Below, in pieces: positions 9,383 to 19,165 of a DNA stretch of 64,000 nt (its first letter is position 1; each line of letters opens with the position of its first letter). Source of the stretch: Planctomycetota bacterium. GTDB taxonomy: Bacteria > Planctomycetota > Planctomycetia > Pirellulales > Lacipirellulaceae. The translations under genes and the position numbers were made by a program. The stretch lies in the NCBI GenBank assembly GCA_039190745.1, contig JBCCXZ010000005.1, positions 1 through 64,000 of the forward strand, in the 5' to 3' direction. A model generated the notes under the pieces. It was not told the origin of the DNA and ran no database searches. It saw only the letters and a list, made by a program, of their open reading frames with translations.

Positions 9383-12300
9383 ACAAACCGCCGCGCTCGA
9401 AGCGCGAGACCGGAGTGTTTCACTCGCCGCCGGGGCGGGTTGCGGCAAGACCTTTGTGCTCACCGAGCGGTACCTTTCGTACGTCGACCCCCGCGTGCTC
9501 TCGGCCACCGCCGACCTGCAAGAGCTGGTCGCGATCACCTACACCGACGCCGCAGCCCGGGAGATGCGCAGCCGTATCCGGGAGCGTTGCGTCGAAAGGC
9601 GACAAGCGGCAACCACCCCAGAAGAGCAACAAGCTTGGCAGAGCGTACTCCGCGGGCTCGACCGGGCGCGGATCAGCACGATCCATTCGTTCTGCGGCGA
9701 CGTGCTCCGGGCCAACGCGGTGCAGTTGGGGCTCGACCCCGGGTTCGAGATCCTCGAGCCCGCGTCGGCCGACCTGCTGAAACTCGACACGCTAGACCGC
9801 CACCTCCGTTGGCTCTTGAGCAAGGGCGACGAGGAGCTGATCGCGCTGGCCGCAAGACTCGGCCTGCACACGCTCCGGGGCGTCGTGCCCGGTTTGCTCG
9901 GCTCGGTCCACCAAGTCGCGGAGCGTTGGTTCGACGCCACGCCTGGCGAACTGCTGGAAGTTTGGGACGGCTACCGCTCCACCACGCTGCAGCAGACGCT
10001 GCGCGAGGAGCTGCTCTTAAAGCCGAGCTTTGAGGAGCTCCGCGAGATCGCCTCCGGCGGGCCCCGCGGCAACGGACCGCTGAACGAACGCCTCGCGGAG
10101 ATCGCCGACGTGATTGCGGCCATCGACTCGGGCCAATCTCTGGGGGAAGCGTCGGAGACGCTCGTCGAGCTAGCCCGCGTGCAGGGCGGCCCGGCGAAGA
10201 AGTCTGCCTGGGACGACGAAACCGACTACACACGGTTCAAGAACGCCGCCGCCGAAGTACGCAAACAGGCCGAGAAGGCCCTCGCCCTGCTCACGCCCGA
10301 CGACGACGCCCTGGAAGAAGCGGCCCAGACCGGGCTCGCTCTCATGAGGCTCGCGGTCCGCGTCGGCGACGAGTACGAGGCAATGAAGCAGGCCCGCGGC
10401 CAGCTGGAGTTTGACGACCTGCTCTCGCACACGCACCGGCTGCTGCACGACCAGGCCCACGCCGCAGCAAAGAAGCGGCTGCAGAACGGCATCCGGCTGC
10501 TGATGGTCGACGAGTTCCAAGACACGGCGCCGCAGCAGGTCGAGTTGGTGCAGGCGTTATGCGGGCCTGACTGGAAACAGTCGGGCCTGTTCGTGGTGGG
10601 CGACTACAAGCAGTCGATCTACCGTTTCCGCGGGGCCGAGCCGGAAGTGTCGGAGCAGCTCCGCGCGTCGCTCCCCGGCCCGGGCCGGCTGTCGCTGACA
10701 ACCAACTTCCGCAGCCAGCCGGCGGTGCTGGACTTTGTGAACCGGCTGTTCGAAGAGGAGTTTTCCGGGTATGAGCCGCTGCGAGCCTTCCGCCCGCAGC
10801 AGACCGACGGCCCGTGCATCGAACTGCTGTGGTCCAGCCCCGCGGCCGGCTCAGCCGATTCCAGCACCGCCGCGGAGCGGGCCGCCGAGGCCCGTTGGAT
10901 GGCCCGGAGGGTCGCCGAGCTGATCGCTTCAGAACGGCCGATCGTCGCGGAGCCCCACGCGGGAGCCCCGCGGGCCGCCCGGCCCGGGGACGTGGCGGTG
11001 TTGATGCGGTCGCTGTCGGACGCGCCGGTCTACGAGGCCGCGCTCCGCGAGGCGGGGCTGGACTATTACCTCGCCGGGGGGCACACCTTCTACGCGCAGC
11101 AAGAAGTGTTCGACGTGCTGAACCTGCTGCGGTCGGTTGACAGCCTGACCGACGAAGTGAGCCTCGCCGGCGTGCTGCGGAGCCCGTTCTTCTCGCTCGA
11201 GGACGAGACGCTGTTCTGGCTGGTCGAATCGCGGGGTTCGCTTTCGCGGGCGGTGGGCGAGGCCTCGCCGCCGACTCAACTGAGTGCCGTAGAGGCCGAC
11301 AACTTCACGCGGGCCGCGGCGGTGCTCGCCGACCTCCGCCTGGCGAAAGAGCGGCTGAGCGTTGCCGGCCTGTTGGATCGGGCGTTGTCGCAGACCGGCT
11401 ACGACGCGGCGCTGTTGAGCGAGTTCCTGGGCGAACGCAAGCTCGCGAACCTCGACAAGCTCCGCGAGCAGGCCCGGCAGGCCGACCGCCTGCGGCCGGG
11501 AGATCTGCCCTGGTTCATCCGCCAGCTGCAGGAGTTTGTCGACCGGCCGCCGAAAGAGGCGCTCGCGGCCACGACGACCGAGGGCGACTCGGTCCGCGTG
11601 ATGACCATCCACCACGCCAAGGGGCTGGAGTTCCCCGTGGTGGTTGTGCCGGACCTCGGCCGCGGCAACCGGCTGGGCGCCACCCGGCCAGTGTTCGACG
11701 CGGAGCTCGGGCCGCTGGTCTCCGCGAAGCGGAAGGGCGCCAAGACCCCGCTCGACTGGCTGCGCAAGCGAGGCCAGCAGCTCGAACGCGAAGAACGGGT
11801 GCGGCTCATGTATGTCGCCTGCACGCGTGCGGCGGACTACCTCATCCTGTCCGCGAGCGCTTCCGCTGCGGAGAAAGCGTCGAGCGAGTGGCTCTCGCTG
11901 CTCGCAAAGCGGTTTGACCTGTTCCAAGGTCAAGGCGCCCCAGGAGCCGAGATGGGGGGGCCGGTTCCCAAAATCACGGTCACGACCGCAGAGCCGCCGC
12001 GCTCGGGCGCGGCGCGGCCAGAATCCCGGGCGTCGCTCCGGAAGGCGGTCGACACGGCGCTCCAGAGCAAGAAAACCCGCCACGGCGACCCGGCGGCTCC
12101 TGTGGCGGTAGATCCCAACGCCCGGCGACGGTTTTCGTTCTCGCTGCTCTCGGGCGCGTTGGTCGACAAGGCCGACGAGCCTAAGTTGGCCGACCCACCG
12201 CGCAGCAACGGCGTCGACCCGCTCGCGCTCGGGCAGCTTGTGCACGGCGTGCTCGAACGGATTGACTACCGGCGGCCCGACTTGCACCAGAGCCTGTGCG

Positions 12301-12776
12301 AAGAGCTGGCGCCGTTGTTCACGTCGGGTGCGCCGGGGCAGCTCGCCGCCGAGGCGACTCAACTGGTCGGCCGTTTCGCCGAGTCGGAACTCTGGAAATC
12401 GCTCGCCGCCGCCGACGTCCACCGTGAGGTGGAGTTCCTGCTGCCTTGGCCGGGCAAGCCGGGCTCCAAGCAGTACCTGCACGGCTTTGTCGATTGCCTT
12501 TACCGCGACCCCAACGGTCTTTGGCGGATCGTCGACTTCAAGACGAACCGCGTCGGGGCGGGCGGTATCGCGGAAGCAAGCCTGCCGTACCATTTGCAGA
12601 TGGCCGTCTACGCCGAAGCCTGCCGTCGGGCCCTGGGAACGGCGCCGGCGGGGTGTACGCTGTACTTCCTGCGCGCCGGCGAAGGGTTCGACGTGCCGCC
12701 CGAGGCGCTGTCCATCGACGCCGCGCTGCCCACCCTCAACGCCGCCCGCGACCAACTCGCAAGCGAAGGCCGATGA
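9369..12776 (+). CDS. addA: AddA-like UvrD helicase / nuclease subunit
   Basis: AGAGCGKT, ISTIHSFC, VDEFQDT, VGDYKQSIYRFRGA, MTIHHAKGLEFPVV, YVACTRA; nuclease GFVD..IVDFKT..QMAVY. Confidence 0.93.
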   Translation: MLTAEQTAALEARDRSVSLAAGAGCGKTFVLTERYLSYVDPRVLSATADLQELVAITYTDAAAREMRSRIRERCVERRQAATTPEEQQAWQSVLRGLDRARISTIHSFCGDVLRANAVQLGLDPGFEILEPASADLLKLDTLDRHLRWLLSKGDEELIALAARLGLHTLRGVVPGLLGSVHQVAERWFDATPGELLEVWDGYRSTTLQQTLREELLLKPSFEELREIASGGPRGNGPLNERLAEIADVIAAIDSGQSLGEASETLVELARVQGGPAKKSAWDDETDYTRFKNAAAEVRKQAEKALALLTPDDDALEEAAQTGLALMRLAVRVGDEYEAMKQARGQLEFDDLLSHTHRLLHDQAHAAAKKRLQNGIRLLMVDEFQDTAPQQVELVQALCGPDWKQSGLFVVGDYKQSIYRFRGAEPEVSEQLRASLPGPGRLSLTTNFRSQPAVLDFVNRLFEEEFSGYEPLRAFRPQQTDGPCIELLWSSPAAGSADSSTAAERAAEARWMARRVAELIASERPIVAEPHAGAPRAARPGDVAVLMRSLSDAPVYEAALREAGLDYYLAGGHTFYAQQEVFDVLNLLRSVDSLTDEVSLAGVLRSPFFSLEDETLFWLVESRGSLSRAVGEASPPTQLSAVEADNFTRAAAVLADLRLAKERLSVAGLLDRALSQTGYDAALLSEFLGERKLANLDKLREQARQADRLRPGDLPWFIRQLQEFVDRPPKEALAATTTEGDSVRVMTIHHAKGLEFPVVVVPDLGRGNRLGATRPVFDAELGPLVSAKRKGAKTPLDWLRKRGQQLEREERVRLMYVACTRAADYLILSASASAAEKASSEWLSLLAKRFDLFQGQGAPGAEMGGPVPKITVTTAEPPRSGAARPESRASLRKAVDTALQSKKTRHGDPAAPVAVDPNARRRFSFSLLSGALVDKADEPKLADPPRSNGVDPLALGQLVHGVLERIDYRRPDLHQSLCEELAPLFTSGAPGQLAAEATQLVGRFAESELWKSLAAADVHREVEFLLPWPGKPGSKQYLHGFVDCLYRDPNGLWRIVDFKTNRVGAGGIAEASLPYHLQMAVYAEACRRALGTAPAGCTLYFLRAGEGFDVPPEALSIDAALPTLNAARDQLASEGR

Positions 12777-14023
12777 CCGAGTCCGCCCAACGCCGGTTCG
12801 CCCGCGAGGTCGTCGCCGCGCTGCGCGAGGCCGGCCACGAGGCGTTGTGGGCCGGCGGTTGCGTCCGCGACGCCCTGTTGGGCAAGACGCCGAAAGACTA
12901 CGACATCGCTACCGGGGCCGAGCCCGAGCAGGTTCAGACCGTGTTCGGCAGGCGACGGACGATCCCCGTCGGCGCGTCGTTCGGAGTGATCACGGTGCTG
13001 GGGCCCCGCGGAGTGGGGCCCATCGAGGTCGCTACGTTCCGGGCAGACGGCAAGTACGTCGACGGGCGACGCCCCGAGACCGTCCGGTTCACCACGGCGG
13101 AGGAAGACGCGCAGCGGCGCGACTTCACCATCAACGGGCTGTTCTACGACCCCGTCGAAGACCGTGTGATCGACTACGTCGGCGGGCAGGACGACCTGCG
13201 GGCAAAAACGCTGCGGGCGATCGGCGACCCGGCCGCCCGATTCGCGGAGGACAAACTGAGGATGCTCCGCGCGGCGCGGTTCGCGACCACGCTGGAGTTC
13301 GAGATCGAGCCGGCAACGATGGCCGCCATCAGAGGCATGGCCGACCAGCTCTCCGTAGTGAGCGCTGAGCGGATCGGGTCCGAGACCTCGCGGCTGCTGA
13401 CGCACCCGCACGCGGGCCGAGGCCTCGCGCTGCTCGGCGAGTGCGGGCTGTTGGCAACCGTCTTCCCAGAACTGGCGGCTTGGGCCGCTGCGGATTCGAC
13501 CGAGTGGCGGGCGGCCGGTGAGCGGCTGGAAGCGCTCGGCGGCGGACCGTTGCCCACTGCTCTCGCTGCGACGCTATTGGAGCTGCCCAAGGTCGATACT
13601 CCGGCGGTCGGCCGTCGGCTACGGCTCACTAAGAAAGACGCCGCGGACGCGGGCTGGCTCATCGAGAGCGTCGCCGTGGTCGAAGCGGCGGAGGGCCTGC
13701 CGTGGAGCCGGCTGCAACCGTGGCTGGCCGATCCCCGTGCGGCGGAACTCCTGAAGCTCTCGGCGGCCGCGTTGGGCGAGGGGCACGCCGGCCTCGTGCG
13801 TTGCCGGGCGGAATTGGGCCGCGAGCGAGAGCAGCTCGACCCGCCCCCGCTGGTCTCCGGCAGCGACGTGCTGGGGCTGGGGTACCCGCCAGGGCCCGGC
13901 ATCGCGGCGGCGCTCAAGTCCGCGCGTGACGGCCAGCTCGACGGCCGGCTAGCGACAAAGGAGCAGGCGCTGGAACACCTGCGTCGCGGCTTGCCCGGCG
14001 GCCGCGACTCGGCGAGTGAATGA
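12773..14023 (+). CDS. CCA tRNA nucleotidyltransferase / poly(A) polymerase family protein
   Basis: GGCVRD, KDYDIAT, EVATFR, DAQRRDFTINGL, FAEDKLRMLRAARF; ATG overlaps the addA stop (ATGA). Confidence 0.92.
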   Translation: MTESAQRRFAREVVAALREAGHEALWAGGCVRDALLGKTPKDYDIATGAEPEQVQTVFGRRRTIPVGASFGVITVLGPRGVGPIEVATFRADGKYVDGRRPETVRFTTAEEDAQRRDFTINGLFYDPVEDRVIDYVGGQDDLRAKTLRAIGDPAARFAEDKLRMLRAARFATTLEFEIEPATMAAIRGMADQLSVVSAERIGSETSRLLTHPHAGRGLALLGECGLLATVFPELAAWAAADSTEWRAAGERLEALGGGPLPTALAATLLELPKVDTPAVGRRLRLTKKDAADAGWLIESVAVVEAAEGLPWSRLQPWLADPRAAELLKLSAAALGEGHAGLVRCRAELGREREQLDPPPLVSGSDVLGLGYPPGPGIAAALKSARDGQLDGRLATKEQALEHLRRGLPGGRDSASE

Positions 14024-14094
14024 CGACGCCCCGCCCGCGGTAGACGGGGCACACGCCCTGGCTTACCATCAACGGCCCACTCGAAAGGAACCCG

Positions 14095-14640
14095 ATGCCC
14101 GCCGACTCCGCGCTGTCCGTTTTAGAAACACTGCCCGCTCTGCAATCGCTCCCCGGCCTCAAGGGGACGCTCACGCCGCTGCTAGCCGCGGCGCCGGAGA
14201 TCAACGGGGCCTACGTTCTCGGGATCGTCGCGCGCGTGCTGCACATCGCTTCGGCGATCATCCTCCTGGGCGGGGTGTTCTACTTGAAGACGGTGCTCGC
14301 TCCGGCCGGGGCGGATGCGTGCTTCGCCGAGCGTCGCGGCGTGTGGGCCAAATGGGTCGGCATGACCAGCGGCTTCCTGCTGCTGTCGGGCTTCTACAAC
14401 TTTTACGTCGCGATCACGACGGCCAAAGCAGCCGGCGATAAGCTGCCCTCCGCGTACCACATGCTGTTTGGCGTCAAGTTCCTGCTAGCGTTGGCCGTGA
14501 TGTTCCTGGCGGCGATCGTCGCGGGCAAGACCGACGCCGCGGAGCGGTTCCGCCAGCAAATCGGCAAGTGGCTGAACATCGCCTGGGCCGCGGGGCTGTC
14601 GATCGTGGTGATCGGCGCCATCCTTCGCTCGCTGCATTAA
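14095..14640 (+). CDS. Four-TM membrane protein, loosely CopD-like
   Basis: Four hydrophobic helices; RVLHI, LLSGFYN, YHMLFGVKFLLAL patterns. Confidence 0.7.
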   Translation: MPADSALSVLETLPALQSLPGLKGTLTPLLAAAPEINGAYVLGIVARVLHIASAIILLGGVFYLKTVLAPAGADACFAERRGVWAKWVGMTSGFLLLSGFYNFYVAITTAKAAGDKLPSAYHMLFGVKFLLALAVMFLAAIVAGKTDAAERFRQQIGKWLNIAWAAGLSIVVIGAILRSLH

Positions 14641-14698
14641 GCGCCGGCTTGCCCGCCGGCCAATCTCTTATCACACACCAACCCCGGGCGGGCGCGTT

Positions 14699-14869
14699 AT
14701 GGACAAGAAAGCAAAGAAACGCGTCGAAGTGCTCCGCAAGAAGGTCGCGCAGCTTCAGCAACAGCTGGCCGGAGCGAAAGAACAGCCGGACGACCCCGAA
14801 GAGCCGAAGCGGCTGCAGGACGCGATCGACGCGGCCAAAGCCGAGATGGCCGAACTCAAAGCGAGCTGA
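14699..14869 (+). CDS. 56-aa helical-hairpin small protein (below the ORF-track cutoff)
   Basis: MDKKAKKRVEVLRKKVAQLQQQLAGAKEQPDDPEEPKRLQDAIDAAKAEMAELKAS; host-like codon usage; fills the gap after 14640. Confidence 0.8.
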   Translation: MDKKAKKRVEVLRKKVAQLQQQLAGAKEQPDDPEEPKRLQDAIDAAKAEMAELKAS

Positions 14870-15854
14870 TCGCCGCCACGCGGACGGCTTCGTCTTCCTG
14901 ACGCTCCCTCGGAAGATCGGCCTCGGCCCGGCGCTCGGGCTCGCTCGCGGGACGCTGCTGTTGGCCGCGGGCGGTGCGGGGCTCGCCCGGTTTCGGATCC
15001 GCCGGCTCGGCCTCGGATTGAGGCGCCTCGTTCTCAACCGTTTGGTCAACCCCGCGCAACCGCAACGCCTCGTCCACCGACTCGACGCCCATAGAGTTGT
15101 CTGTCTTCTCGGTCGAAGACAGCAAACGCTCGTCGCACGAGCCGCCGATGCCCGCGGGTTCCACTTCCAGCTTCGGGAGGACGGCGTCGTACACCGCAAC
15201 GACAACGGCCGGTGCGGCATCGAGCGTGTCGTCCGAATCGTCCGAATCGTCCGCAATGACTGCCAGCCCCGGTGCCGGCGGCACGTCGACAATCAGCGGC
15301 AAAACCAAACCATCGGCAGCCGGCTGCAACAGCGTCGCGGCCGCAGGCTCGATCCTCACGTCGGCAAAGTCGTAGCCGACCAACGCGGCCCCCGCCGCGA
15401 GGTTGATGTCGCCGATCAGATTGGCCGACAGCGTCACCCCGCCGCCGGTGCCCTGCATCGAGCGGCCGTCGTAGTACCCGGCGGGCTGGACCTGCTGCAC
15501 GCCGTACCAGCCGGCGTCGAGCCCCGGAAAGGCGTAGCCCCCCGCGGCGTCGGTGGTTGACTCGGCCACGAACCGCCCTTGGTTGTCGAGCAGCCGGACG
15601 GTGACGCCGCCCATGCCGCCAACACTCTCGAACGGCGCCACGAGGCGGTTGGCCTCGAACACCGTGCCCGCGATCGACGCCGTGCCGGGGATACCCGTGC
15701 CCGGCGTGGGCGGGTCGAGGATCTCGCCGCCGGGCTGAAAGAGCGGGATATCGACCCCGCTGAGCACCGCGAACGGCCGCCGCGGCTCCAGTTGCTCGAC
15801 TGCTAGCAGGCGAGGGAGGGGGCCGTGGGAGTGGGCGGGGTCGTGGCGCAGCAT
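14856..15854 (-). CDS. LEPR-motif protein with SdrD B-like (Cna-B/prealbumin fold) domain
   Basis: LAVEQLEPRRPFA; ASIAGTVF..GVTVRLLD..TTDAAGGYAF.GL.AG.Y.V.Q.QPAGY.DG..YDFA. Confidence 0.8.
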   Translation of the reverse strand: MLRHDPAHSHGPLPRLLAVEQLEPRRPFAVLSGVDIPLFQPGGEILDPPTPGTGIPGTASIAGTVFEANRLVAPFESVGGMGGVTVRLLDNQGRFVAESTTDAAGGYAFPGLDAGWYGVQQVQPAGYYDGRSMQGTGGGVTLSANLIGDINLAAGAALVGYDFADVRIEPAAATLLQPAADGLVLPLIVDVPPAPGLAVIADDSDDSDDTLDAAPAVVVAVYDAVLPKLEVEPAGIGGSCDERLLSSTEKTDNSMGVESVDEALRLRGVDQTVENEAPQSEAEPADPKPGEPRTARGQQQRPASEPERRAEADLPRERQEDEAVRVAAISSL

Positions 15855-16143
15855 AGGAATCGCCGGGGCTAGGAGGCTGTGCGGGCGGGAGAGTAGCAGA
15901 ACGCACTCCTTGTACCTATCGGGAATGAACCCGAGGCGGCTGCAGGCGGCATCCGCAGGGCCGTAAACTCGCGAAATCCCGCCGCCCGGCGTGGAAAGGA
16001 CCGGGCGCCAGCTTGTCTCGGGCTAGCCCGCTTGTCACGGATTCGGACTGCAAGCCGCTCGGAGTCTTGGTCCTCCGCAAAGCCCTCTGACCGATCGTAA
16101 AGCGCCTCGTCGGGCAGGCTACTCCCCACCGCTTTCCCCAGCC

Positions 16144-17175
16144 CTACCGCATCACAAAAAAGCGGACGTAGGCCCCGTCCAGGCTGAGGTCATCAACGAG
16201 GTGAGAGTTCTGAGCCTCGATGTGCGAATCGGAGAACACCCGCGTGTCGGTGAGGTTGAACCAGTTGGTCATCTCGTAGCCGCCGGCTACCCCAACCAGG
16301 AACGAACCGATCTGCCGCTGCATGTCTAAACCCGCAGACATCGTCAGGACGGGCGTCATCCGTGTATCGCTGAATTCCACGTCTGTAGGCACGCCGGGCT
16401 CATCATCCGGAATGAACACGCGGGTATCGACCGTGCCCATCATCATCGCGACGTTTGTGCCGACGCTGAGCCGGATCGATGGCATGAGTTGCCAAACCAG
16501 GTCGCCGCCCGCAGTGATCCCGCCGCCCTCGTACGCGCTCTCCTTGAAGGAGTTGAACGCGGTTTGGAAGTCACCGCCGGTGTACTGTACATTGAACGAA
16601 GAATCGATGCTCGCGATCCGGCCGCCGCCGCTCAGCCGCAGCTGCAGAGTGTCGGTCAGTGTCAGCGACTGAGCCATCTCGATATCGTAGATCTCATAAT
16701 CGAACGTCATTTCTGCTGTCGCCGACGTCGCCCGATCGTCGGGCGTAATCGTCTCTACGCCCAGAGTGTTGATGTTGTCGGAGTCGTCGTTCTCGCTGTT
16801 ATCGCTGGAGACGAACGTGGCGCGCAAAGGACCGACGTACGTCTCTGAAGACGCCGTATCGAACGTGGTGTACTCGAACAGCACCTCGGGCCCCGACACG
16901 CCGCTGCGGCCAATAGCGAACCGGAAGCCCGAGTCGTAGGAAGGGTCCAAGGTCAGGATTTCGCCTACCGGGCCGCGGTCCTGCACCCCCCCGATGTCTG
17001 TGATCCCGTACTCGAGATCCGACGACCTCACACTCCAGCTCAGATAATCGAAGGACCCAATCCAGCCCCCCTGGCTCTTGGTAGCAAGGCTGGACTGTGC
17101 CGTAGCGGCCTGGCTGACGCCGGCGACGGTGAGAAGGGCGAGAAAGAGAGAGAGCATCCTGGGGGCGCCGGACAT
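16144..17175 (-). CDS. Outer-membrane beta-barrel protein (Lpg1974/BBP7-like)
   Basis: Signal peptide, YLSW, DSGFRF.IG, GYEMTNWFN and terminal LSLDGAYVRF amphipathic strands. Start uncertain (ATG 17175). Confidence 0.7.
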   Translation of the reverse strand: MSGAPRMLSLFLALLTVAGVSQAATAQSSLATKSQGGWIGSFDYLSWSVRSSDLEYGITDIGGVQDRGPVGEILTLDPSYDSGFRFAIGRSGVSGPEVLFEYTTFDTASSETYVGPLRATFVSSDNSENDDSDNINTLGVETITPDDRATSATAEMTFDYEIYDIEMAQSLTLTDTLQLRLSGGGRIASIDSSFNVQYTGGDFQTAFNSFKESAYEGGGITAGGDLVWQLMPSIRLSVGTNVAMMMGTVDTRVFIPDDEPGVPTDVEFSDTRMTPVLTMSAGLDMQRQIGSFLVGVAGGYEMTNWFNLTDTRVFSDSHIEAQNSHLVDDLSLDGAYVRFFVMR

Positions 17176-17562
17176 CGTCACACTCCGTGGCTTCTTGTGT
17201 TCAGAAATTACAGGGGAGATCCGCAGACGCTCCTCTGGGCATCGCCCAGAACCGAGAGCTGCCCGGACCGCCAGCTCCGCGCACTGGCCGCAGCGCCCGA
17301 TCGACGGGAACAACCGTTCCTTTGCGTACGGCCGTTTAGATCGAAAAAATGGCTTCGAACGGATTATCTAATTCGCTCGCTACGATCGGGAAATCGATAG
17401 AAAGCGAAGCCGGCGGATCGGATGCGCCATTGGTGAGGATTATGACGGCGAACCACCAGTCACACGGACGAGAGAGTGGTCGCACACGAAGAGTGCCGCC
17501 ATCGCGACCCGCGGCCTGGCGACAGCCCGTGTGACAGAGAGGCCCCCGTCGGACGTCTAGAG

Positions 17563-19131
17563 CTAACGGTCGCGCCAGAACCCCGGCACGAGCAGCACAA
17601 GCACGGGGAAGAGCTCCAGCCGGCCGAGCATCATCAGGAAGGTGAACAGCAGCTTCGACAGCGTGGAGAACGGGGCGTAGTTCTGGGTGGCCCCCACGAT
17701 GCCCAGCCCCGGGCCGATGTTGTGCAGCGTCGCCGCGACGGCGCTGGCGGAGTCGACCAGCTTGTTCTGCGGGTCGTGCCCGGCGCCGGACCATGTGGCG
17801 TCGGGCTCGATGGCCACCAGCACGAGCCAGCTGAGCGTGAACAGCAGCGCGATCAGGCCGAAGTAGACCAGGATGCTGCGGGGCAGGTCGTTGTCGGTGA
17901 TCGCCTCGCCGCCCAGCCGCACGTGGCGGACCACCGCCGGGTGGAACGCCCGTTCGATCTCTCGGTGGAGCACCTTCACGCAGAGGACGTGGCGGATGAC
18001 CTTCATGCCGCCGCCGGTGCTCCCCGCGCAGCCGCCGACCGACATCAGCACCAGTAGCAGCGCCCGGCTGAAGTTGTGCCACTGGTCGAAGTCGGCCGTG
18101 CCGAAGCCGGTGGTCGTAAGGATCGACGTCACCTGGAACAGGCTGTCGCGGAAGGCGGTCTCGCCGTCGGCGAAGTCGCTGTGAACCCAGAGGCCGAGCA
18201 CGACGATCACCGCCGACGAGGCGACGATAATCAGCGCGTAGGTCCGCCACTCCAAGTCGCGGAGCAGCGTGACCGGGCGGCCGATCAGCGTGAGGTACAG
18301 CAGAGTGAAGTTGGTGCCGGCGAGCACCATGAACACGATGACGGTGTACTCGATGAGCCGATAGTTCTCAACGCGCCCGTCGAACCCGCCGAGGCTGGCG
18401 TTGAGCGTGCTGAAGCCGCCGGTGGCCATCGTGCCAAACGAGTGGCAGAGGGCCTCAAACACGGTCATGCCCTCCAGCCACAGCAGCACCGTGAGCACCG
18501 CGTTGAGGCCGCAGTAAATCGCGGCGAAGTTCCAGGCGGTGTGCTGCATCCGTTCCTGGGAGCCCTCTTTGCTGGGGCCGGGCATCTCGGCCCGCATGAG
18601 CGCCTTGCCCGCCGAGCCCTGCCCGAGCACCGCGACGAACAGCACGATGATGCCCAGGCCGCCCAGGAAGTGCGTGCTCGAGCGCCAGAACAGGATGCAC
18701 TGCGGAACCCACGCGGGGTTCTCGATGTCGGTCAGCACCGTTGCGCCGGTCGTGCTGAAGCCGGACTGGCTCTCGAACAGGGCGTCGGAGACGCCCATCC
18801 GGATGTCCTTTCCCCCTTCGGCTCGGTAGACCACTCCGCCAAGCAGGTACGGCATCGCGCCCAATACCGTGGCGAGCACCCAGCTCAGCCCAACCACGGC
18901 CATAGCCTCTTTGCGGTAGATGGCGTCGGGCGCATCACGCCCGACCGAACGGAGGCCGTAACCCGTGGCGAAGCAGAGCACCATGCTCGACAGCAAGGCC
19001 CAGAAACCACGCGCCTCGAACGAGCCGGTTTCGTTCACCGACGGCAGCGCCCACACCAGGCTGAAGGCCATCGTCAGGCCGATCAGCCACGCGATCATAC
19101 CCAGCAGACGGCAGACAAGGCGGAAGTTCAT
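17563..19131 (-). CDS. trkH: Trk potassium uptake membrane protein
   Basis: FESQSGFSTTGAT, MATGGFS, TTTGFGTADF, GGCAGSTGGGMK, NIGPGLG, MLGRLE. Confidence 0.96.
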   Translation of the reverse strand: MNFRLVCRLLGMIAWLIGLTMAFSLVWALPSVNETGSFEARGFWALLSSMVLCFATGYGLRSVGRDAPDAIYRKEAMAVVGLSWVLATVLGAMPYLLGGVVYRAEGGKDIRMGVSDALFESQSGFSTTGATVLTDIENPAWVPQCILFWRSSTHFLGGLGIIVLFVAVLGQGSAGKALMRAEMPGPSKEGSQERMQHTAWNFAAIYCGLNAVLTVLLWLEGMTVFEALCHSFGTMATGGFSTLNASLGGFDGRVENYRLIEYTVIVFMVLAGTNFTLLYLTLIGRPVTLLRDLEWRTYALIIVASSAVIVVLGLWVHSDFADGETAFRDSLFQVTSILTTTGFGTADFDQWHNFSRALLLVLMSVGGCAGSTGGGMKVIRHVLCVKVLHREIERAFHPAVVRHVRLGGEAITDNDLPRSILVYFGLIALLFTLSWLVLVAIEPDATWSGAGHDPQNKLVDSASAVAATLHNIGPGLGIVGATQNYAPFSTLSKLLFTFLMMLGRLELFPVLVLLVPGFWRDR

Positions 19132-19165
19132 GCGGCGTCTGCCGGGGATTCTCTGCGGGCACGCG

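Noticed and set aside
10929..12755. Long antisense or alternate-frame ORFs (also 27166-28821, 31491-33038, 39994-41706, 41981-43717, 19331-20713)
   Set aside because: Shadow ORFs of well-supported genes, expected in high-GC DNA; no recognisable motifs.
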